Of a stretch of DNA of 32,225 nt, positions 25,832 to 32,225 are shown one piece after another (position 1 is the stretch's first letter; each line of letters opens with the position of its first letter). Under the pieces are notes generated by a model that did not search any database, was not told the DNA's origin, and saw only the letters and a program-made list of their open reading frames with translations. The DNA lies in the NCBI GenBank assembly GCA_913054415.1, contig CAJXII010000001.1, forward strand, positions 1 to 32,225. Direction: 5' to 3'. This stretch comes from an uncultured Arcobacter sp. GTDB lineage: Bacteria; Campylobacterota; Campylobacteria; Campylobacterales; Arcobacteraceae. A program made the position numbers and the translations under genes.

Positions 25832-26374
25832 CTATTCCCAAAACTCTTTTAGAGGAACTTTTTTACTATCATCTTGCTTTTTAGTTTGTAAAGTATTGAT
25901 TTTAAGTGTTGGTTTTGTTTGAGCTAATTTATCTTCAATCTCTTTTTTAAACTCATCATCAAAACCTAATTTATCTAAAATATCTTCTTGAACAGATTCC
26001 TCTTCTATAGATATTTCATCCTCTACAATATCATCTTGTGCTTTTGGTGTAGGTGGAACTACTTTTGCAGGATTTATTTTTTCTTTTATCTCTTTTGGCT
26101 CTTTGATCTGTTGAGTTTCTTGTTTTTGTGTTTGTATTGTAGTTTGTTTTGTAGTTTGCTTTTCTTTACTACTTTTCTTTTGCATCTTATTATAAGCTAT
26201 CATAAATTTTTCATATTTATCAAAATCAACTAAAATAAAACTAGGCTTTCCATCCCGTAATATAACAGCTTTACTAATCTCATTGGAAGATATCTTATCA
26301 AACACCTCTTTATTGTGTCTGATAAGATGAGTGGAAGAATACATCTCTTTTGAGCTATAAAATAAATTGTTCAT
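25832..26374 (-). CDS. hypothetical protein: Phd/YefM-like N-terminal domain plus K/E/Q/T-rich disordered tail
   Basis: 180 aa. Residues ~12-60 (YSSTHLIRHNKEVFDKISSNEISKAVILRDGKPSFILVDFDKYEKF) fit the Phd/YefM antitoxin pattern. The remainder is low complexity. RBS AAGGA. Confidence 0.7.
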   Translation of the reverse strand: MNNLFYSSKEMYSSTHLIRHNKEVFDKISSNEISKAVILRDGKPSFILVDFDKYEKFMIAYNKMQKKSSKEKQTTKQTTIQTQKQETQQIKEPKEIKEKINPAKVVPPTPKAQDDIVEDEISIEEESVQEDILDKLGFDDEFKKEIEDKLAQTKPTLKINTLQTKKQDDSKKVPLKEFWE

Positions 26375-26403
26375 ATCAAATCCTTATACAAATTATAATA
26401 TGT

Positions 26404-26412
26404 ATTATAGCA
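26404..26412 (-). promoter_or_regulatory. extended -10 (TGCTATAAT) upstream of the 180-aa ORF
   Basis: The minus strand reads TGCTATAAT about 30 nt upstream of ATG 26374, in the 52-nt gap after nrdB. A second TATAAT lies at 26392-26397. Confidence 0.35.
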
Positions 26413-26426
26413 CAAAAAGTTAAAAA

Positions 26427-27455
26427 TTAAAAATCATCAAAATCGATACTACCTTTTGAGTAGTTTACAACATTTCCTTCAAAAAAGTTTGTTCTTTGAT
26501 CATTAAATGAAGCATATCCATCTACCCAAGGTATTGGATGTTTTACCCCATATTCTGGTTCATATCCAACAGCAGTAAGTCTTTGATCTCCTAGGTATTG
26601 GATATATTGTTTAATAATAGCATCAGTAAATCCAAGAATTTGCCCTTGAGTGATATATGATCCCCAAGCTGATTCTATCTCAACTGCATCTCTTACCATC
26701 TGTCTAACTTTTGCTTCAAGTTCATTGGTAAATAGTTCTGGTCGCTCTTTTTTAGTGCTTAATATTAGATGTTGGAATAACAATAGATGTGTAACCTCAT
26801 CTCTTTGGATAAACCTAATCATTTGAGAACTTCCTAGCATTTTACCAGATTTACCAAGTGCATATATAGATGCAAAACCAGCATAAAAATACATCCCTTC
26901 TAAAATCTGATTGGCAAACATACCTAAAACTATATTTTCATCTGTTGGTTCCCAAGCATAACAGTTAAAAGAGTCAGCTATAAATTTATTTTTATTTCTT
27001 AATTGTGTATCTGTTTTCCACATATCATATATCTCATCTGTATTATCTGAGATAGACTCAACCATAACTGCATAAGATTTACTATGATTTGCCTCTTCAT
27101 AAGATTGTCTTGAAAGTATTGCATTGATCTCTGGTGCAGTAATAAGTGGGTTCATATTATCCATAATATTGTTGGTTTGCAAACTATCCATAAATATTAG
27201 TTGGCTAAGCACTAAATCATACATCCGTTTTTCTGCTGGAGTTAAAAACTTATAATCTTTAGCATCTTGAGTCATCTGCACCTCTCGTGGAAACCAAGTA
27301 TTTCCCTCCATTACATCCCATAACTCAGTAGCCCAAGAATATTTAGGCTTAGTAAAATTCAACATCCCATCTGGATTACCACCAAATGTTTTACGATCAT
27401 TTAATGATTCTTTTGAATCTGGGTTATATATGATTTTTTTATTATTTGTTTCCAT
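26427..27455 (-). CDS. nrdB: ribonucleoside-diphosphate reductase beta subunit (class Ia)
   Basis: 342 aa. Diiron ligands EEANHSKSY (with the radical Tyr), [16 protein letters not shown]. Confidence 0.96.
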   Translation of the reverse strand: METNNKKIIYNPDSKESLNDRKTFGGNPDGMLNFTKPKYSWATELWDVMEGNTWFPREVQMTQDAKDYKFLTPAEKRMYDLVLSQLIFMDSLQTNNIMDNMNPLITAPEINAILSRQSYEEANHSKSYAVMVESISDNTDEIYDMWKTDTQLRNKNKFIADSFNCYAWEPTDENIVLGMFANQILEGMYFYAGFASIYALGKSGKMLGSSQMIRFIQRDEVTHLLLFQHLILSTKKERPELFTNELEAKVRQMVRDAVEIESAWGSYITQGQILGFTDAIIKQYIQYLGDQRLTAVGYEPEYGVKHPIPWVDGYASFNDQRTNFFEGNVVNYSKGSIDFDDF

Positions 27456-27464
27456 TATTTTTCC

Positions 27465-29849
27465 TTATTGACAACCAACACACTCTTGGCTTCTATCTGC
27501 AACATCAGATGCCGCCTCTGGTGATTGACTTCTTAGATAATATGTAGATTTTAATCCTAATCTCCAAGCTAATGTGTATAGTTCATGAAGATATTTCCCA
27601 CTTGCTTTATCTAGGCTCATAAAAATATTTGTGCTTTGACCTTGATCTATCCATTTTTGTCTAACAGATGCTGCTTTGATAATATCAAACTGATCTACAT
27701 CATAAGCTGGAACATAATGTGCCCATGTTTCTGGAGATAGTTTTGGAGCTACTACTGGTATTAATCCACTCATATTCTCTTCAAACCATTTTCTTTTATA
27801 TACAGGCTCGATTGCTTGTGTAGTTCCTACCAAAATTGATATAGAACTTGTAGGTGCTATCGCCATAAGATATCCATTTCTAATACCTTGTTTTTTAACA
27901 GTTTCTCTTAAACTTTGCCAATCACAACCAGCATCAAAAAGATCTCTTTGTATCAAAGCATCAACTTCACTAGGAGCATGATCCATAGGCATTATCCCTT
28001 TACTCCATTTACTACCTTCGTAAGTTGGATATACACCTTTTTCTACAGCTAAATTTGAAGATGATAAAATAGCATTGTAACTAATATTTTCCATAATAGT
28101 ATCTATTTTTTTAAGATGTTCATTTGATCCAAATGTGATATTTGATTCTGCTAACATCTGAGCTTCACCCATAACACCAAGCCCTATCGATCTTGTTTGA
28201 AGATTTGTAGCTTTTACTTTTCGTAATGGATAAAAATTTAGATCTATTACATTATCTAACATTCTAATAGCAGTAGGCACTACCCTTTTTATATCTTCAG
28301 ATCTATTTATTTTACTTAAATTGATACTAGCAAGATTACAAACTGCTGTTTTACCATCAATTTTTTCTTTTTCAACTATAAATACTTGAACACCATCAAT
28401 CTTATCAAGTGCTGTTATTTTATTTGCTTTTTTTGTTTTACCATTATTCACTACAACAATATCATCCTCTTCATAAGTTTTTATTGTTCCATCTACAAGT
28501 TCAAGTTTGATTTTGTAATGATTTGGCTCTGTATTTTGAAAAATCTCTGTGCAAAGGTTACTACTTCTAATAAATCCTGTATGATCATTCGGATTAGCTT
28601 TGTTTGCATTATCTTTAAAACATAAAAATGGACTTCCAGATTCAAAATATGATGTTAAGATCTTTTTCCAAAGCTCTTTTGCGGCCATCTGTTCTTTTGT
28701 AATATTTGGATCATTTTCATACTCTTCATATCTTTTTGTAAATTCATCACCACTTAATGTATTAAGATCTCTTACCTCATAAGGATCAAAAAGTGTCCAA
28801 TGAGAGTTTTCTAAAATTCTTTGCATAAATAGATCATTTATCCATAGTGCAGGAAATAGATCATGTGCTCTTCTTCTTTCTTCACCACTATTCTTTTTTA
28901 GATCTATAAAATCTACAACATCCATATGCCACGGCTCTAAATAAACTGCTATTGCACCTTTTCTTGTTCCTAACTGATCTACTGCTAATGCTAAATCATT
29001 TTCAATTTTTAAAAATGGTATTGTTCCACCAGCAGCTCTTTTATGCCCATCAATTACACCACCTAAGGATCTAATACTATTCCAATCCCAACCGATTCCA
29101 CCACCAAATTTAGATAATAGTGCTTTCTCTTTATAGCTATCAAAAATACCTTCAATATTGTCAGATGATGATCCTATATAACATGAGCTTAGTTGATGTC
29201 TATTTGTTCTTGCATTTGATAGTGTAGGAGTAGCAAGCATAACCTCAAACTTAGATATAACATCATAAAACTCTTTTGCTTTTTCTTGTTTGTCTTTCTC
29301 ATTTTGAGCTAAAAACATAGCTATTGCCATAAACATTTGTTGTGGTAACTCTATAGGTTCACCATCACTATTTTTTATAAGATATCTATCATATAAAGTT
29401 TTTATACCCAAATAGTTAAATTGTAAATCTCTTGTATGGTCTATTTTATTATTTAGATCATCTAAATCATATCCATCTTGCAACTCTGGTATAATTCTTC
29501 CTATCTCTTGTCCATACTTTATATAATCTTTTAGATGTCCATAAGCATTACCTTTTATACCATGTGTAACTTTTCCAACTCTATGATATAGATCATATAA
29601 AAATAATCTTGCAGCTACAAATGTCCAATTTGGCACATCTATATCTATTTTTTCAACAGCAGTTTTAATCAGTGCATCTTGAATATCTGCACTACTCATA
29701 CCATCTATAAATTTTATCTGAGCATCTATCTCTAGTTCACTTTGACTGACACCCTCTAAATCTTGAGTTGCGGCTATTGTATTTTTTTGGATTTTGGTAA
29801 TATCCAAAACCTCTTTTCTTCCATTTCTTTTTTGGATCATAATCGACAT
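27465..29849 (-). CDS. nrdA: ribonucleoside-diphosphate reductase alpha subunit (class Ia)
   Basis: 794 aa. ATP-cone N-terminus (IQKRNGRKEVLDITKI), SNLCTEI and CNLASINL catalytic segments, C-terminal ECVGCQ. Confidence 0.96.
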   Translation of the reverse strand: MSIMIQKRNGRKEVLDITKIQKNTIAATQDLEGVSQSELEIDAQIKFIDGMSSADIQDALIKTAVEKIDIDVPNWTFVAARLFLYDLYHRVGKVTHGIKGNAYGHLKDYIKYGQEIGRIIPELQDGYDLDDLNNKIDHTRDLQFNYLGIKTLYDRYLIKNSDGEPIELPQQMFMAIAMFLAQNEKDKQEKAKEFYDVISKFEVMLATPTLSNARTNRHQLSSCYIGSSSDNIEGIFDSYKEKALLSKFGGGIGWDWNSIRSLGGVIDGHKRAAGGTIPFLKIENDLALAVDQLGTRKGAIAVYLEPWHMDVVDFIDLKKNSGEERRRAHDLFPALWINDLFMQRILENSHWTLFDPYEVRDLNTLSGDEFTKRYEEYENDPNITKEQMAAKELWKKILTSYFESGSPFLCFKDNANKANPNDHTGFIRSSNLCTEIFQNTEPNHYKIKLELVDGTIKTYEEDDIVVVNNGKTKKANKITALDKIDGVQVFIVEKEKIDGKTAVCNLASINLSKINRSEDIKRVVPTAIRMLDNVIDLNFYPLRKVKATNLQTRSIGLGVMGEAQMLAESNITFGSNEHLKKIDTIMENISYNAILSSSNLAVEKGVYPTYEGSKWSKGIMPMDHAPSEVDALIQRDLFDAGCDWQSLRETVKKQGIRNGYLMAIAPTSSISILVGTTQAIEPVYKRKWFEENMSGLIPVVAPKLSPETWAHYVPAYDVDQFDIIKAASVRQKWIDQGQSTNIFMSLDKASGKYLHELYTLAWRLGLKSTYYLRSQSPEAASDVADRSQECVGCQ

Positions 29850-29873
29850 TATTCTTTACTCCTAAACACTAAA

Positions 29874-31205
29874 CTATTTTTTAAAAACTCTTTTGAAAAT
29901 ATTATCTACATTTTTAGTGTAATAATCATAATTAAAACACTCTCTTATTTGTTTTTCGCTTAATTTACTTCTTAATTCATCATCACTTAATAGATGATTT
30001 AGATATAAAGACTCACCTTTTTTATTAACTGTAGGTTTTCCTTGTTTTATCTCTTCCCATACTTTCATAGCATTTCTTTGCACTATTTTATAAGCATCTT
30101 CTCTGCTTACTCCTGCTTTTGGAAGCTCAAGCAATACTCTTTGTGAAAATACAAGCCCACCTGTAAGATTTAAGTTTTTCATCATATTTTCAGGCATTAC
30201 TGTTAAGTTTGCAATTACATTATTCATTCTATGAAGCATAAAATCACTTGTAATAAATGCATCTGGAAGCCAAAATCTCTCTGTTGAACTATGCGATATA
30301 TCTCTTTCATGCCATAGAGCAACATTTTCCATAGCTGGAGTTGCATAAGCTCTTATGATTCTAGCAAGTCCAGTTATATTTTCAGTTAAAATAGGATTTC
30401 TTTTATGTGGCATAGCAGAGCTTCCTTTTTGCCCTTTTGCAAAAAACTCTTCCGCTTCATATACCTCTGTTCTTTGCATATGTCTTACTTGAACTGCAAA
30501 TTTTTCTATAGTTGAAGCTAATAGTGCAAGTGATGTAGCAAGTCTTGCGTATCTATCTCTTTGGATAACTTGATTTGAAGCTGGTGCTGGTTTTAACCCT
30601 AACTCTTTACAAGCATACTCCTCAAGCTCAAGAGGTGCATGAGCAAAATTTCCCATAGCTCCACTTATTTGCCCTACAGATATAACTTTCATAGTCTCTT
30701 TTAGATTTTTAAGATGTCTTTTTAACTCATCATACCAAACTGCCAAAACCAACCCAAATGTGATAGGCTCACCATGTATCCCATGACTTCTTCCTATCAT
30801 CAAAGTAAATTTATGTTCTTTTGCTCTTCTTTTTACAGATTTCATAAGCATCTTTACATCTTTTATGATTATTTTAAGACTTTCTCTCATCTGAAGTGCA
30901 ACTGCTGTATCAACTGTATCTGATGATGTCATACCATAATGGAACCATCTACTTTCTTCCCCTAAACTTTCACTTACACTTGTAGTAAATGCTATTAGAT
31001 CATGTCTAGTAATAGCCTCTATCTCATCTACTCTTTTTTCATCAAAATTAGCATTTTTAACTATTTTGTTACAATCATCATCTGGAATCAATCCTATTTT
31101 ATTCCAAGCTTTAACTACCGCTATTTCCACATCTAGCCAAGCTTTGTATCTAGCATATTGTGTCCAGTTTTTTTTCATCTCTTCTCTTGCATATCGTTCA
31201 ACCAT
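29874..31205 (-). CDS. purB: adenylosuccinate lyase
   Basis: 443 aa. KGSSAMPHKRNP fumarate-lyase signature and the MVERYAREEM N-terminus. Confidence 0.96.
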   Translation of the reverse strand: MVERYAREEMKKNWTQYARYKAWLDVEIAVVKAWNKIGLIPDDDCNKIVKNANFDEKRVDEIEAITRHDLIAFTTSVSESLGEESRWFHYGMTSSDTVDTAVALQMRESLKIIIKDVKMLMKSVKRRAKEHKFTLMIGRSHGIHGEPITFGLVLAVWYDELKRHLKNLKETMKVISVGQISGAMGNFAHAPLELEEYACKELGLKPAPASNQVIQRDRYARLATSLALLASTIEKFAVQVRHMQRTEVYEAEEFFAKGQKGSSAMPHKRNPILTENITGLARIIRAYATPAMENVALWHERDISHSSTERFWLPDAFITSDFMLHRMNNVIANLTVMPENMMKNLNLTGGLVFSQRVLLELPKAGVSREDAYKIVQRNAMKVWEEIKQGKPTVNKKGESLYLNHLLSDDELRSKLSEKQIRECFNYDYYTKNVDNIFKRVFKK

Positions 31206-31321
31206 ATAAAATCCTACTGATAATTTTTAGTTTAGAATTATATCTAAATCTTACTTAAAATTTGTCGCTTGAATTTTATATAAATTTATGATATATTTTA
31301 AAAAAAATTATAGGAACTATT

Positions 31322-32206
31322 ATGCCATTTATATTAAAAGAGTATCCAGCAACTAAAGGTAAAAAAATTCAACAATTTTTACTAGATGAAGTTGCTCTTA
31401 GTTTATCATTGTCTCAAAAATTATTAGCAAAGGGTAGAATTTTTGACCAAAATAACAAACGATTTTCAAATGGCGAAAAGCTAAAAGAGGGTCAAGTGGT
31501 CAAAGTTGCTGTTTTTGAGGGGCAAACTAGAGGATTAAAACCAATTTTTGATACAAAAGATTTCGCAATTTTTGATAAACCATCTGGTATTATGGTGCAT
31601 CCTATATCAAAAGATACCCAATACACACTACTTGATGAGATCAGATACCATTTTGGAGAAAAAGCAAATCTAGCTCATAGAATAGATTTAGAAACATCAG
31701 GCTTAGTATTAGTTACAAAAAATAAATATGCTGATATAGTATTAAAAACTATGTTTGAAGAGAAAAAATATACCAAAAAATACTTAGCTTATGTAGAGGG
31801 TAAAATCGATAAAAAAATCACAATTCAAACACCAATTACAAAAGATGATGGACCTATTGGTGTAAAAATGAAAGTTGATCCTAGTGGGAAAGAATCGACA
31901 ACTATAGTAGAACCGCTACAATATAATCAAATCTCAAAACAAACTCTAATACAAGTTACAACACTAACAGGAAGACAACATCAAATACGAGTTCATCTAC
32001 ATAGTATTGGTCATAAATTAGTAGGTGATCCAATATATGGTGTAGATGATAATATTGCTGATAGCTACTTAAATAAAACACTATCAAAAGAGGATAGACT
32101 TAAATATATAGGTTATCATAGATTGATGCTACAAGCACAATATTTAGAGTTTAAATATGAAGATATTGTATATAAAATACACTCTAAGCAAAAATTTTAC
32201 TTTTAA
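31322..32206 (+). CDS. RluA-family pseudouridine synthase
   Basis: 294 aa. S4-like N-terminus, HRIDLETSGLVLV catalytic Asp motif, GRQHQIRVHL. Confidence 0.9.
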   Translation: MPFILKEYPATKGKKIQQFLLDEVALSLSLSQKLLAKGRIFDQNNKRFSNGEKLKEGQVVKVAVFEGQTRGLKPIFDTKDFAIFDKPSGIMVHPISKDTQYTLLDEIRYHFGEKANLAHRIDLETSGLVLVTKNKYADIVLKTMFEEKKYTKKYLAYVEGKIDKKITIQTPITKDDGPIGVKMKVDPSGKESTTIVEPLQYNQISKQTLIQVTTLTGRQHQIRVHLHSIGHKLVGDPIYGVDDNIADSYLNKTLSKEDRLKYIGYHRLMLQAQYLEFKYEDIVYKIHSKQKFYF

Positions 32207-32225
32207 TATTCTAATATTTTTTCTA

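Noticed and set aside
25832-26426. Search for a toxin gene partnering the YefM-like ORF (classical type II TA pair)
   Set aside because: No 80-130-aa ORF lies on either side or overlaps it. The downstream gene is a 525-aa flavoprotein and the upstream gene is nrdB. It is not a canonical TA module.
28350-28529. NrdA insertion as a mini-intein
   Set aside because: It is far too short (about 48 aa). It lacks the Cys/Ser/Thr at the N-junction and the His-Asn plus nucleophile at the C-junction.
1-32225. Window-wide scan for CRISPR arrays, IS elements or transposases, integrases, phage genes, rRNA and long non-coding stretches
   Set aside because: None were seen. The largest non-coding intervals are about 200 nt, and no spaced direct-repeat array is evident. 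This was a by-eye scan only and should be confirmed with repeat finders.

Overview
AT-rich (about 30% GC by eye), densely packed chromosomal segment. Protein signatures and gene order (rpsB-tsf-ABC ATPase-acidic protein-gmk; fdx/Fur-family regulator/ahpC; rpmF-plsX-fabH) indicate a Campylobacterota (epsilonproteobacterial) genome. ATP-citrate lyase genes (aclB-aclA) point to a reverse-TCA chemolithoautotroph. Nearly everything is core housekeeping: glmS, rpsB, tsf, gmk, aclBA, a pabA/trpG-type amidotransferase, fabH, plsX, rpmF, ndk, a ferredoxin, ahpC, purM, gpsA, nrdAB, purB, an RluA-family synthase, and two abutting tRNAs (Val-GAC, Arg-CCT). Genes are tightly coupled, with ATGA, TAATG and TAG-ATG junctions. 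Intergenic gaps are at most about 200 nt. I found no CRISPR array, IS element, integrase, prophage gene or rRNA. I could not identify a convincing self-contained novel multi-gene system, and this looks mostly like an ordinary core region. The best leads are modest. (1) A solitary RhuM-family gene that appears shortened in frame sits between the amidotransferase gene and fabH; it is the only accessory-looking gene. (2) An anchor-less SdhA/FrdA/NadB-family flavoprotein plus Fe-S subunit pair lacks the covalent-FAD His and has an all-Cys third cluster motif. (3) Directly upstream of that pair is a protein with a Phd/YefM-like N-terminus and a long disordered tail, with no toxin partner. (4) A three-gene cobalt module (solitary CbiM/NikM-like permease, cbiK, cbiL) has no other cbi genes in view. 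(5) Three conserved-looking but uncharacterised proteins remain: a ferritin-like 277-aa ORF coupled to purM, an acidic protein with a receiver-like N-terminus coupled to an orphan ABC ATPase, and an orphan GspH/FimT-like pseudopilin. All functional calls come from motif recognition by eye. No searches were run.
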